A program made the position numbers and the translations under genes. From the NCBI GenBank assembly GCA_002490665.1, contig DKUL01000059.1:53704-117703 (forward strand): a stretch of DNA of 64,000 nt. The letters are read 5' to 3'. Below are positions 48,341 to 58,573 of this stretch, piece after piece. Position 1 is the stretch's first letter. Each line of letters begins with the position of its first letter. The notes under the pieces are model-generated. The model ran no database searches and was not told the origin of the DNA. It worked only from the letters and a program-made list of their open reading frames with translations. This DNA is from Lachnospiraceae bacterium UBA7205. GTDB taxonomy: Bacteria > Bacillota > Clostridia > Lachnospirales > Lachnospiraceae.

Positions 48341-49120
48341 ATGAATTCAAAAAAAATACTGCCATATGAGAGGATAGGAAATTGTGCAAGCAGCACGACG
48401 TTGATTTTCCTGCACGGTTCTACCATGTCCATGGGTGGGATGCATCCGTTTGCAAGTGCATTCGACGCGTACAACTGCATTGTTTTTGACCTGACGGGTC
48501 ATGGGAAGTCGGATGAGAAAGAACCGGAAGCAGTAAGCGGTTTTGCGGAGGATGTGGAATATTCGGTTAACCAGCTCAGGGAACAAAATATTGTCACGGA
48601 GAAAGTCATCCTGCTGGGCTATTCAATGGGCGGTGCAATTACCTGTGAGACTGCCATCCGTGGGAAATTAAAGCTTGACGGCATCGTACTGCTAAGCAGT
48701 GGCGCCGATTTGAAGCATTATACGCCTTTGGTCGACAATCTTAAGACAATGCCGATGGAAGCGTTTCGGACAGAGGATATTCTGGACGCCCTATTCGGCC
48801 CGGATGCCGCAGACGAGGACAAGGCAAGCATTAAAGGGCTGTTTCTTTCCACAAAGTCAGCAGACACGACAGGCTATATGGATTTGATGGTTTCCAATGC
48901 ATACGACAACCTTGAAGCAAGCAGGGGAATCAAAATTCCGGCGCTTATGGTGCACGGCAGCAGTGACGTCATTGTCGAGCCGATGGCGGCAGTCGAGACA
49001 TGGCGGGCAATAGAAGGCAGCCAGCTTCTCATGGTTCCATACAAAGGGCACAGCGCCATTTTTGAGGATACCGAAATGATAAGGGATAAGATTGTTTCAT
49101 TTATAAATATGTGTTCTTAA
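48341..49120 (+). CDS. Alpha/beta-fold hydrolase
   Basis: IFLHG, FDLTGHG, nucleophile elbow GYSMGG, HGSSD (Asp), KGHS (His): intact triad. Confidence 0.9.
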   Translation: MNSKKILPYERIGNCASSTTLIFLHGSTMSMGGMHPFASAFDAYNCIVFDLTGHGKSDEKEPEAVSGFAEDVEYSVNQLREQNIVTEKVILLGYSMGGAITCETAIRGKLKLDGIVLLSSGADLKHYTPLVDNLKTMPMEAFRTEDILDALFGPDAADEDKASIKGLFLSTKSADTTGYMDLMVSNAYDNLEASRGIKIPALMVHGSSDVIVEPMAAVETWRAIEGSQLLMVPYKGHSAIFEDTEMIRDKIVSFINMCS

Positions 49121-49166
49121 ACAAGGCGCCTGTTAGTATCGATAGTTGAAAGGCGGAATGATAAAT

Positions 49167-50168
49167 ATGGAAAACAATGCTGTCATTAAAGGAGTTTCAT
49201 ATTACCATCCGGACAATGTGGTGGATAATGAGTTTTTTATAGAACATTTTAAGAAACAGGGGAAAGACATAGAAGGGCTGCTGCGTGCGACGGGAAGGAA
49301 AAGCAGATATATTTCAAATGACGATGAAGAAAACATGCTGACAATGGGGTATCAGGCAAGCCTTAAGGTACTGGAGCAGACGCACGTAAAGGTTTCGCAG
49401 ATTAATATGATTGTATTTTCTTCCGGAACGCCCGAGTACATAGCGCCGACAAACGCGCTGAAGCTGCATTCCATGCTGAGCGCGGGGCAGAAGTGCGCAG
49501 TCTATGACCTGAATGCCAACTGCGCAGGCATGGTGGTTGCACTTGACCAGATTGCGAGGCTGATGCGGAGCAATCCGGATGTAAAGTATGCCCTTCTGGT
49601 CGGCTCTGACCAGCTGAACCGGTATGTGCGGTACAATGAAGTCGTCCCGTACTCAAATTTTGCAGATTCGGCATGTGCCATGGTAATCGAAAATGTTTTT
49701 TCGACGACCAGGGGATTTGTTGATTCCGACTTTTATACCAATTCAAGCCATCATGATAAAATCCTTATGCCGGCAAAAGGGATGTCCACCGTGACAAGGG
49801 AAAAGAATCTGCCGACGAAGGACAAGCTGGTCAAGTGGGTTCCGTTTGACTTCGGGGGTGCGTTCCACAGTGCAAAGATATCCGTGGAGGAGCTGCTGTT
49901 CAAGAACAGCCTGCACAAGGATGATATCAAGAGGTATTATTTTTCACAGCTTGCCTGGAAAAATATTGTCCATGCCTGTGAGGACATGGAGGAAGACATA
50001 GCAAAGTTCAAGTTTGTCGGTGACGAATTCGGATACACGGGGACGACAAGCCCGATGCTTGCCTACGCAAGGTCACTGGAGGAGAACGAACTGCAAATCG
50101 GGGACTATGTCATTTTTTGGACGGTTGGCGCAGGGACGACATGTGCGACAGTTTTATATCAATATTAA
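49167..50168 (+). CDS. Atypical KAS III (FabH-like) thiolase-fold enzyme
   Basis: YDLNANCAG (catalytic Cys), GSD, FWTVGAG; FSQL replaces HQAN and GYTG replaces GNTS. Confidence 0.85.
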   Translation: MENNAVIKGVSYYHPDNVVDNEFFIEHFKKQGKDIEGLLRATGRKSRYISNDDEENMLTMGYQASLKVLEQTHVKVSQINMIVFSSGTPEYIAPTNALKLHSMLSAGQKCAVYDLNANCAGMVVALDQIARLMRSNPDVKYALLVGSDQLNRYVRYNEVVPYSNFADSACAMVIENVFSTTRGFVDSDFYTNSSHHDKILMPAKGMSTVTREKNLPTKDKLVKWVPFDFGGAFHSAKISVEELLFKNSLHKDDIKRYYFSQLAWKNIVHACEDMEEDIAKFKFVGDEFGYTGTTSPMLAYARSLEENELQIGDYVIFWTVGAGTTCATVLYQY

Positions 50169-50180
50169 GGAGAATAGAAT

Positions 50181-51668
50181 ATGCAGACACAATCAGCAAA
50201 CAGTGAGGAAAGACTCATCAATAATATTATGTTTATTTACATTTTTGGCGTTGCAGTTTCAGGCTTCAGTTTTGTCATGATTTTTTTGCACGGCGGAATA
50301 CGGGAATGTATCTTCCTTCTGTCCGGCTTATGTGCCATCCTGACCAAATTACTTGAAAAGCCGCTGGGAAAGAATGCAAAATATGTATATGCCTGCATTC
50401 CACCGATTATCGGGGCTATTACTGCCGCAGTCTGTAATACGGACACCAGTGACAGTTATGTCTGCCTGACCCATTACTATTTTGTAGCAACATTGCTGCT
50501 GGTGCCGTATTATTCGCAAAAGCTAATCCGTGTGAGCGTTACAGTGACCGTGCTGGTCAATGCGGGGATGATGATTCTGTTTCCGGCAGGATTTTTAAAG
50601 CTCCACAGTGTTATCGGCTGGATATTTACGGGAATTGTGTACATCGTGCTCTTTGCCGCGTGCAGTTTTATCATATACCGCACAATCGCCCTTTTTAAGA
50701 TTGTGGAAGAGCAGGGACAGGATGCGGAGAATGTGCTGCACAACGTGCAGGCTGCGTTTGACAGTCTGGAGGAGTCCTCTGAAGCAATATATACTTCCCT
50801 GCAGGAATTTGAGGGCAATACAGAGGAAATTGCAGCTTCCACGCAGCAGATTAGTGAGAGCGCTGATTCCCAGATTAGCGAGGTTGAAAACAGCCTGACA
50901 ATTTTTAGCGAGTTAAATGATAAGATTGTAAAATCCGAAGAACGTGTGAACCAGACGGTTGAGACGATTAAAAATCTGAAAAACAAAAATGATGAGGGAT
51001 TTTCCGTGATAGACGCACTCTCAGAGCAGTTTGAGGAGAACATCAGGACAACACAGACTGCGGCGGATGGCGTTGAGGAGCTGTCCCGCAAATCAAGTGC
51101 GATTGGCGGCATTATAGAGAGCATCCGGCAAATTGCAAGGCAGACCAACCTTCTTGCGCTCAATGCATCCATCGAGGCTGCGAGGGCAGGGGAGGCAGGA
51201 AAGGGATTTGCGGTCGTCGCGGACGAAATTAATTCCCTTTCGAATGAATCTTCAAATGCAACCGGAAAAATAGATGCCATTTTGAAAGATATTATCGAGA
51301 CGGTAGAATCGACGCACAAGGTCATGAACCACAATAACGATGTGGTAAATGATTCCAGCGGAAGACTGGACGATACCGTGAAAATCTTTAAGGTCATGCT
51401 GGAATCCTCGGAGGAGGTTATTGATATCACACAGCTGCTGAAATCAGAGCTTGAGGATATCGTTGCCATAAAGGAGCAGCTTCTGGGCGTGATGAAGCGC
51501 GTTGAGGACGGTTCCAAAAACTTTGTGCTTACGACAGAAGGCATTAGTGCATCGACGGAAGAACAGGTTGCCGGTCTGGACAATATTGTGAAGTCAATGA
51601 AGAATATGCAGGCGGGGATGGAACGTCTTTCCAGTGTGCTGCACAGTGAAAAGGAGAATGGGAAATAA
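50181..51668 (+). CDS. Methyl-accepting chemotaxis protein with an approximately 6-TM membrane-embedded sensor domain
   Basis: About six hydrophobic segments in the first 190 aa, then [27 protein letters not shown]. Confidence 0.9.
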   Translation: MQTQSANSEERLINNIMFIYIFGVAVSGFSFVMIFLHGGIRECIFLLSGLCAILTKLLEKPLGKNAKYVYACIPPIIGAITAAVCNTDTSDSYVCLTHYYFVATLLLVPYYSQKLIRVSVTVTVLVNAGMMILFPAGFLKLHSVIGWIFTGIVYIVLFAACSFIIYRTIALFKIVEEQGQDAENVLHNVQAAFDSLEESSEAIYTSLQEFEGNTEEIAASTQQISESADSQISEVENSLTIFSELNDKIVKSEERVNQTVETIKNLKNKNDEGFSVIDALSEQFEENIRTTQTAADGVEELSRKSSAIGGIIESIRQIARQTNLLALNASIEAARAGEAGKGFAVVADEINSLSNESSNATGKIDAILKDIIETVESTHKVMNHNNDVVNDSSGRLDDTVKIFKVMLESSEEVIDITQLLKSELEDIVAIKEQLLGVMKRVEDGSKNFVLTTEGISASTEEQVAGLDNIVKSMKNMQAGMERLSSVLHSEKENGK

Positions 51669-51705
51669 CCGGGAAAATGCAATAATATAATCAAATGAAG
51701 CGGAC

Positions 51706-51744
51706 AAAAGTGCCATATCCCATCGAAAGGGTGTGGCGCTTTTT
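51706..51744 (+). terminator. Intrinsic terminator after the MCP gene
   Basis: AAAAGTGCCATATCCC-loop-GGGTGTGGCGCTTTT with G-U pairs and a T tract. Confidence 0.7.
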
Positions 51745-51800
51745 GCGCGAAGGGAATGTCTTCCCTGTTTGATTTGCAAATTATTGCAGAAACAGATATC

Positions 51801-51829
51801 TTGTGAAATATGTCAAATCGTGCTAAAAT
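51801..51829 (+). promoter_or_regulatory. Sigma-70 promoter for the hybrid kinase
   Basis: TTGTGA-N17-TAAAAT with an extended -10 TG. Confidence 0.5.
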
Positions 51830-51909
51830 ATAAAAACGGAATAATAAAGGTAAGGTTGTAAGGAACTGTTAACGGTTCTTAAGTTAATGGTTCTTAAAAG
51901 GGGTATTTT

Positions 51910-54900
51910 ATGAAAAAAAAGAAATCAGTACGGGAAATCGGTTCCATTTTATTTCTTCTGGCGGCAATTATCATTATCTTTTGCTGGTATACCGCACAAA
52001 ACAGCAGCCGCATCGAAACGCGGAATAAGAGCTATGCAGCGGATTCAGCGCGCCAGACATCGACGCGCATCAATGAGGAAATGAAGAACGCGTTGGAACT
52101 GATTGATACCTATGCGTATTTTGTGGGAGAGGGGCTGTATAAGCCTGATATTGATGAGCAGATGCTCAAGGATATCGAGCATAATGCGCTGTTTGACGCG
52201 GTATTGTTTACTGATGCCTCCGGAATAAACCATACCTCTGACGGACGAACATCAAATGCAGCGGAACGCGATTATTACCTGAATGGAATGAGGGGGGAGA
52301 GCGGTATCGCGGTTATATTCGACTCTTATTTCTTTAACGAGACAATGGTCAGCTTCTATGCACCTGTCCGGTATAACGGAAAAATCATCGGCGTGCTGCG
52401 GGGTTCCTTCCTTGCAGAGGAGTATCTTAAAAACATGCTGACAACCACTTATTTTGGCGAGGCGGCAGATGTGTACCTGTGCATGCCCGATGGGAGGGCG
52501 ATTGCAAGTTCCGGTGAAAATATATATAAAAATAACCTGATTGATATGCTGGAATCAGATAATGTGATTGACGGCAATGCTGCCAGTGATTCAAGGGGAA
52601 TTTTTATGCATGGGGGGGAAGGCTCCTTTATCTGCGGTCCTGGAAGCAGGACTGACAATATCTGTGTAATGAACCTTGCAGATAACGATTTTGTCCTGGT
52701 GCAGACATTTCCCAAAAGTGTCACACAGCGCATGATAAAGGACGAAAACATGATCGGAATCCAGCTGGAAATGATGCTGATTGGATTGTTTGTCATCTAT
52801 ATTATCACGCTTGTAGTTCGCGCGGGACAGGAGAAAAAGCTGCTTGAACATGAAAACCGTGAGATGGGATATATTATCAAGGGTGTCATGACGCTGTTTT
52901 CGCGCTTTGCGCTGGTCGATTTTGAGGCGGATACATACCAATATCTTGCCGGAACAAGCGCAGAGGACAGCACACTGAATACCCAGGGACAGTATGAGGA
53001 GCTTGCGGCATATATGAGTGACATTTTAACGGATAAGGATGAGCGTGAGGAGTTTTTGCGCCTGATTGAAAGGGAATCCGTTATCAGTGCGTTGTCAGAA
53101 CACAGCGATATGCGGCTTGAGCGCCATGTGATGCGGAATGGGCAGGAAGAGTGGGAGCATATGAACATCATCTGCCTGGAAAGGAAGGATGGAAAGGCGG
53201 TGAAAGCGCTGATTATCCGCCAGAATATCACGGAGGTAAAGGAAAAGGAGCTGATGATACAGGCACAGATTTCTCTTGCCAGCCGTAAAGAGCGCCAGTA
53301 TCAGATTGCAATTACATCCAACGCAATCTGTACCTTTGAGTTCAATCTCACAAAGGATATGATAGAGCAGGATATCCAATTCAGCCAGGATGATGAGCAG
53401 ATACGTTTGCTGGATATGGCAGCCCTGAAGGCACCGTGTGAAGCATCCGGGTGGTTTGCGCAGTGCAGAAAACATGTATCAAAGGAATCACTGGAGAACT
53501 ATGACACGACAGTCAATGTGGCATATCTGAGGGAATGCTTTGGGCGGGGCGAGTCGGAAGTGAGCGCCGAGTACTGGTGCAGGGATCTTGACGAGCGTGA
53601 AATTTGTGTCCGCCAGTCATTTCTTATGACGCAGGATGACACGACAGGCGACACGATGGTCATGGTGGTGATAAAAGAGGTTACGGAGAGCGTCAGAAAA
53701 CAGCGTGAACAGACACAGGCCTTGCAGGATGCACTGATGCAGGCACAGCATGCAAACAGGGCAAAAACGACATTCCTGTCAAATATGTCCCATGACATCC
53801 GGACACCGATGAACGCGATTATCGGGTTTACAACGATTGCGGTAAGCCACATTGACAACAAGGATCAGGTCAGGGACTGCCTGCAGAAGGTCCTGTCCTC
53901 GAGCAACCATCTCCTGAGCCTGATTAATGACATCCTTGACATGAGCCGGATAGAGAGCGGAAAAGTGCAGATTAAGGAGCAGGACTGCAATATTTCCGAA
54001 CTGATGCACAACCTTGTCAATATTATCCAGCCGCAGGTTAAGGCAAAGCAGCTGGAGCTGTTTATTGACACCTTTGAGATTGTAAACGAAGATGTGGTGG
54101 CAGATTCACTTAAGCTCAACCAGGTATTTATCAATCTCCTGAGCAACGCGGTTAAATATACGCCGGCGGGCGGGAGCATTGCATTCCGGATTATGCAGAA
54201 GACAACGTTCCGTCACGGATACGGTGATTACATTTTTATTATCAAGGACAACGGCATCGGTATGTCCAAGGAGTTTGTGAACCATATATTTGAACCGTTC
54301 GAACGTGAGTCGACAGTGACACAGTCGGGAATTCAGGGAACCGGTCTTGGAATGGCAATCACAAAGAATATAGTAGAGATGATGGGTGGCGAGATTCATG
54401 TTGACAGCGAGGTCGGCAAAGGCAGTACCTTTACCGTGGAGATATCCCTGAAGCTACAGGATGTTGAAAAAAATGCGGAACAGATTAAGGAGCTTGACGG
54501 CCTGCGTGCGCTTGTGGTGGATGATGACTTCCATGTCTGCGACAGCGTGAGCAAAATGCTCAAACAGATTGGAATGCGTTCGGAGTGGACGACATCCGGC
54601 AGGGAAGCGGTTTACCGCGCACAGATGGCATATGAGGAAGGGGACGCCTACCATACGTACATTATCGACTGGCAGATGCCGGAAACAAGCGGCATTGAAA
54701 CGGCAAGAAAGATTCGCATCGTAGTGGGAAATGACGCGCCGATTATCATCCTGACAGCATATGACTGGACGGATATTGAGGAGGAGGCGCTGGCTGCGGG
54801 CGTCACCGCATTCTGTGCAAAACCGCTCTTTATGTCTGACTTAAAATCTGCGCTGCTTGCTGCAAACAACCTGGTTGACAATGAGGATGAGGCGGCTGCG

Positions 54901-55299
54901 TGGACACTGGCAGATTTCAGTGGGAAGCGTGTCCTGCTTGTGGAGGATATTGAGCTAAACCGTGAAATCGCGCAGGTGATACTGGAAGAGGCGGGATTTG
55001 TCGTTGAATCAGCGCCGGACGGAACAGATGCGGTTGCAATGGTGGAGAATTCAGAGGAAAACTACTATGATGTCGTTTTGATGGATGTACAGATGCCGAT
55101 TATGAATGGCTATGAAGCCACAAGAACCATCCGGAGCATGCCGAGAAAGGATGTCAGGGATCTGCCGATTATCGCCATGACAGCCAACGCATTGGAGGAA
55201 GACAAGGAAGCGGCACTGAAGAACGGAATGAATGCCCACATTTCAAAACCGCTGAATATGGATATTTTCATTTCCGTGCTGAAACAGTTTGTAAAATGA
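51910..55299 (+). CDS. Hybrid sensor histidine kinase with two receiver domains
   Basis: TM-Cache-like domain-TM, PAS-like region, FLSNMSHDIRTPMN, NLLSNAVKY, GTGLGM, REC1 (IIDWQMP), REC2 (LMDVQMP). Confidence 0.93.
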   Translation: MKKKKSVREIGSILFLLAAIIIIFCWYTAQNSSRIETRNKSYAADSARQTSTRINEEMKNALELIDTYAYFVGEGLYKPDIDEQMLKDIEHNALFDAVLFTDASGINHTSDGRTSNAAERDYYLNGMRGESGIAVIFDSYFFNETMVSFYAPVRYNGKIIGVLRGSFLAEEYLKNMLTTTYFGEAADVYLCMPDGRAIASSGENIYKNNLIDMLESDNVIDGNAASDSRGIFMHGGEGSFICGPGSRTDNICVMNLADNDFVLVQTFPKSVTQRMIKDENMIGIQLEMMLIGLFVIYIITLVVRAGQEKKLLEHENREMGYIIKGVMTLFSRFALVDFEADTYQYLAGTSAEDSTLNTQGQYEELAAYMSDILTDKDEREEFLRLIERESVISALSEHSDMRLERHVMRNGQEEWEHMNIICLERKDGKAVKALIIRQNITEVKEKELMIQAQISLASRKERQYQIAITSNAICTFEFNLTKDMIEQDIQFSQDDEQIRLLDMAALKAPCEASGWFAQCRKHVSKESLENYDTTVNVAYLRECFGRGESEVSAEYWCRDLDEREICVRQSFLMTQDDTTGDTMVMVVIKEVTESVRKQREQTQALQDALMQAQHANRAKTTFLSNMSHDIRTPMNAIIGFTTIAVSHIDNKDQVRDCLQKVLSSSNHLLSLINDILDMSRIESGKVQIKEQDCNISELMHNLVNIIQPQVKAKQLELFIDTFEIVNEDVVADSLKLNQVFINLLSNAVKYTPAGGSIAFRIMQKTTFRHGYGDYIFIIKDNGIGMSKEFVNHIFEPFERESTVTQSGIQGTGLGMAITKNIVEMMGGEIHVDSEVGKGSTFTVEISLKLQDVEKNAEQIKELDGLRALVVDDDFHVCDSVSKMLKQIGMRSEWTTSGREAVYRAQMAYEEGDAYHTYIIDWQMPETSGIETARKIRIVVGNDAPIIILTAYDWTDIEEEALAAGVTAFCAKPLFMSDLKSALLAANNLVDNEDEAAAWTLADFSGKRVLLVEDIELNREIAQVILEEAGFVVESAPDGTDAVAMVENSEENYYDVVLMDVQMPIMNGYEATRTIRSMPRKDVRDLPIIAMTANALEEDKEAALKNGMNAHISKPLNMDIFISVLKQFVK

Positions 55300-55374
55300 C
55301 AGGTGCCATGTGCAGGAATGCATCGGGCAGACAGGGCATAGTTATGAATAAATATGTGGAGTGAGGCGTTTGTG

Positions 55375-56580
55375 ATGCATGACAAAATGAGGCATGGTTT
55401 GGTGCTTTTTGTCCTGATACCGTTTCTCATGCTTGCAGTATGCGGGTTTTGTCTGGGGAATCGGACAGGGGACACAAAAAATGGGACGGATATTGCACAG
55501 GATGCTGTGAATGAGGTGTTGCTTGAGAAGCAGGAAGAGGAGCTGCTGGCGGCAATGTCCTTGGAGCAAAAGATTGCGCAGATGTTCATTGTGACGCCGG
55601 AGTCCCTGACGGATGGTGCAAATGTAACAACAGCTGACGGCGCGATGCGTGCCGGCATGCAATTATATCCGGTTGGCGGACTGGTCTACTTTTCCAAGAA
55701 CCTGACAGACGCCGGGCAGACAAAGGAGATGCTGCGCTGCACGCAGGAGTTTTCCCTGGAAATACAGGGTCTGCCGTTGTTTCTGTGTGTGGATGAGGAG
55801 GGCGGAAGGGTTGCGCGCATTGGAAACAATAAGGGCTTTGATGTGCCAAAGGTAGGACCGATGGGAAACATTGCATCAAAGGAGGCGGCACATGAGGCAG
55901 GGAGCAAGGTCGGCAGATATTTAAGGGAGCTGGGGTTTAACCTGGATTTCGCACCTGATGCGGATGTGCTCACGAACAATAAAAACACAGTGATTGGAAA
56001 CCGCTCTTTTGGAAGCGACGCACAGACCGTGCTGCAATATGCCCGCGCCTATTCTGACGGGCTGCATGAGAATGGGGTATTGAGTACGTTCAAACATTTT
56101 CCGGGGCACGGCGCCACTGAGGCAGACACGCACGAAGGTTTTGCGTACACGGATAAAACCTACGAGGAACTGATGCAGGCAGAGCTGCTGCCGTTTGCCG
56201 GTGCCGGGGAAGCTGGCATTGACTGTGTGATGGTTTCCCATATAGCAGTGCCAAACATTACGAGGGACAATGTACCCTGTACGTTGTCTTACAGAATGAC
56301 AGGCGAAATCCTGCGCGGGGATTTGGGCTATGATGGCATCATTGTCACGGATGCCATGAACATGGGGGCGGTTACCCAAAACTATTCCAGCAACGAAGCC
56401 GCGGTAGCGGCAGTCAAGGCGGGTGTGGACATGATACTGATGCCGGAGGACTTCCATCTGGCAGTGCAGGGTGTCCGGAATGCCGTACAGAACGGCGAGA
56501 TTTCCGAGGAGCGCATTGATGAGTCCGTGAGACGGATAATCAAAGTGAAACTGGGGAAACTGATGGGAAACACGCTCTAG
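55375..56580 (+). CDS. GH3 beta-N-acetylhexosaminidase (NagZ-like), membrane-anchored or secreted
   Basis: VDEEGGRVAR, APDADV, KHFPGHG, TDAMNMGAV; N-terminal hydrophobic segment. Confidence 0.85.
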   Translation: MHDKMRHGLVLFVLIPFLMLAVCGFCLGNRTGDTKNGTDIAQDAVNEVLLEKQEEELLAAMSLEQKIAQMFIVTPESLTDGANVTTADGAMRAGMQLYPVGGLVYFSKNLTDAGQTKEMLRCTQEFSLEIQGLPLFLCVDEEGGRVARIGNNKGFDVPKVGPMGNIASKEAAHEAGSKVGRYLRELGFNLDFAPDADVLTNNKNTVIGNRSFGSDAQTVLQYARAYSDGLHENGVLSTFKHFPGHGATEADTHEGFAYTDKTYEELMQAELLPFAGAGEAGIDCVMVSHIAVPNITRDNVPCTLSYRMTGEILRGDLGYDGIIVTDAMNMGAVTQNYSSNEAAVAAVKAGVDMILMPEDFHLAVQGVRNAVQNGEISEERIDESVRRIIKVKLGKLMGNTL

Positions 56581-56613
56581 TATAATCCGCTGGGATTTTA
56601 TACCACAAGTATA

Positions 56614-56642
56614 ATGACATTTCCCCCAAGGTATGCTATAGT
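56614..56642 (+). promoter_or_regulatory. Sigma-70 promoter upstream of the rtcB leader
   Basis: ATGACA-N17-TATAGT with an extended -10 TG. Confidence 0.5.
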
Positions 56643-56694
56643 ATTGTAAAAGCAAAAAAAGGCATGCCGACAGGATGCCGGAAAGGAAACGACG

Positions 56695-56847
56695 ATGAAC
56701 AGGACAATATCAATCAACGGATTACATTACCCAATTAGCAAAGCATTTGAACAGGCGCTGGATTCAAAACAGAGTCTATCTTTTGCATGTCCATATAAGA
56801 GGGAAAAAAGTTGGTTGAGTCGTGCCGGTATCAGGCTTGTTGTGTAA
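56695..56847 (+). CDS. Putative 50-aa leader peptide (uORF) upstream of rtcB
   Basis: AAAGGA RBS; MNRTISINGLHYPISKAFEQALDSKQSLSFACPYKREKSWLSRAGIRLVV; below the ORF-track cutoff. Confidence 0.5.
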   Translation: MNRTISINGLHYPISKAFEQALDSKQSLSFACPYKREKSWLSRAGIRLVV

Positions 56848-56889
56848 AATGCACCACAAAAAGGCATGGAGTATCATATTTATGGTTTT

Positions 56890-56951
56890 GACCGCTTATC
56901 TTGTATGGAGAAAGTCCCATGAACAAGGTAGGTGGTTTTCTTTTTGTTTTT
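56890..56951 (+). terminator. Attenuator-like terminator in the rtcB leader
   Basis: About 19-bp G-U-rich stem (56890-56908 / 56917-56937) followed by TTCTTTTTGTTTTT, about 40 nt before the rtcB ATG. Confidence 0.6.
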
Positions 56952-56992
56952 GGAATTTATGAACGGTTCCTTATATATCAGGAGGAGGAAAG

Positions 56993-58210
56993 ATGTTGGA
57001 GAACAATATATTGGAAATCAAGGGAAAAGTAAACACGGCGCTCTGCTACGCAAAAGTCGTGGAGGAGGAAGCGGTCGAGCAGATTCGCAGGATGTGTGAT
57101 TACGAGTTCACGCAGGGAAGCAGAATCCGCATCATGCCTGACGTCCATGCAGGAAAGGGGTGTACCATCGGGACGACCATGACAATCACCGACAAGGCAG
57201 TGCCCAATATTGTCGGCGTGGATATCGGCTGCGGCATGTACACGGTGAACCTCGGAAAGGACGATATTGATTTCGGGAAAATGGATGCGGCGGCGCACTT
57301 TATCCCATCGGGGATGAATGTGTGGGCAGGCAGGCAGGAGCGTTTTGATTTGCTGCAGCTTCGCTGCTACAGGAACTTAAAGGATGCAAAACGTCTCGAG
57401 CGCAGCCTTGGGACACTGGGCGGCGGAAACCATTTTATTGAGGTGGATGTGGCACAGGACGGGACGAAATATCTCGTGATTCATTCCGGCAGCAGAAATC
57501 TCGGGAAGCAGGTTGCGGAATTCTACCAGCAGCTGGCAATCGAGCTGCACACAGGCAAGGAAGAATATTTTAAGAAAAGGGATGCCCTGATTGTGGCGTA
57601 CAAGGCGGCAGGGCGCAGGAAGGAAATCCAGAAGGCGCTGAAGGAACTCAAGTGGGAGCACAGGGACTGCCTGATTCCGGAGGACTTGCGCTACCTGTAC
57701 GGAACGTTTCTTGAGGATTATCTGCATGACGTGGAGCTCTGCCAGCAGTTTGCGAGACGAAACCGTGAGAAGATGGCAGAGGTGATTCTGGAAAAGACTG
57801 GAATGACAGGCACGGACGCATTTCATACAATCCACAACTACATTGACACCGACGAGATGATTCTGCGAAAGGGAGCAATCGCCGCCCATAAGGGCGAGAA
57901 AGTGTTAATTCCGATTAACATGAGGGACGGCAGCGTGCTTGCCGTCGGCAGGGGCAACCCGGAGTGGAACTACTCCGCGCCCCACGGAGCCGGACGGCTG
58001 ATGTCACGCACCAAGGCAAAAGAAAATCTGTCCATGGAGGACTACCGCAGGATGATGGAGGGCATTTACACCACTTCTGTCAACGAGGCGACGCTTGATG
58101 AGGCACCGATGGCATACAAATCGCTTGCGGACATTATCGACGTCATCAGGGAATCCGTGGACGTCATCGACATTATGAAACCAATTTATAATTTTAAGGC
58201 ATCCGATTAG
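56993..58210 (+). CDS. rtcB: RtcB-family RNA ligase
   Basis: IMPDVHAGKGCTIG, GVDIGCG, GTLGGGNHFIE, IHSGSR, HNY, HGAGR, LDEAPMAYK. Confidence 0.94.
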   Translation: MLENNILEIKGKVNTALCYAKVVEEEAVEQIRRMCDYEFTQGSRIRIMPDVHAGKGCTIGTTMTITDKAVPNIVGVDIGCGMYTVNLGKDDIDFGKMDAAAHFIPSGMNVWAGRQERFDLLQLRCYRNLKDAKRLERSLGTLGGGNHFIEVDVAQDGTKYLVIHSGSRNLGKQVAEFYQQLAIELHTGKEEYFKKRDALIVAYKAAGRRKEIQKALKELKWEHRDCLIPEDLRYLYGTFLEDYLHDVELCQQFARRNREKMAEVILEKTGMTGTDAFHTIHNYIDTDEMILRKGAIAAHKGEKVLIPINMRDGSVLAVGRGNPEWNYSAPHGAGRLMSRTKAKENLSMEDYRRMMEGIYTTSVNEATLDEAPMAYKSLADIIDVIRESVDVIDIMKPIYNFKASD

Positions 58211-58265
58211 TGCAGGACAAAAAAGTCCTCCTGTGCTGGCAGATGCCGGAACAGGAGGAACAAAA

Positions 58266-58517
58266 ATGGTCACAATACCGACAATCGACATGATAAAGAC
58301 GGGTCAGCACATCACGGAGCTGCGGATTCGGGCAGGGCTGTCCGTGCGGCAGCTGCAGGATATCTTCGGCTTTTCCACACCGCAGGCACTGTACAAGTGG
58401 CAGCACGGAACTGCGCTGCCGACAATCGACAACCTGGTCGTGCTGGCAGCAGTGCTCGGCGTGAAGGTCGATGACATCCTTGTCATGACCGACACCCCCA
58501 TGCAGGTGAGCGCCTGA
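58266..58517 (+). CDS. XRE-family HTH regulator
   Basis: GLSVRQLQDIFGFSTPQALYKWQHGTALPTIDNL. Confidence 0.85.
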   Translation: MVTIPTIDMIKTGQHITELRIRAGLSVRQLQDIFGFSTPQALYKWQHGTALPTIDNLVVLAAVLGVKVDDILVMTDTPMQVSA

Positions 58518-58544
58518 TTTTGGCAAAAATATCCTGCTCCATCA

Positions 58545-58573
58545 TTGATATTACGCTGAAAAGCAAGTATAAT
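58545..58573 (+). promoter_or_regulatory. Sigma-70 promoter for bsh
   Basis: TTGATA-N17-TATAAT. Confidence 0.6.

Noticed and set aside
50510-51694. 394-aa minus-strand ORF
   Set aside because: Antisense to the MCP coiled-coil region; Ser-rich composition typical of shadow frames.
51706-51744. GAAA-containing hairpin near chemotaxis genes considered as a c-di-GMP riboswitch
   Set aside because: Lacks the two-stem GEMM architecture and lies after a stop codon with a T tract; better explained as a terminator.
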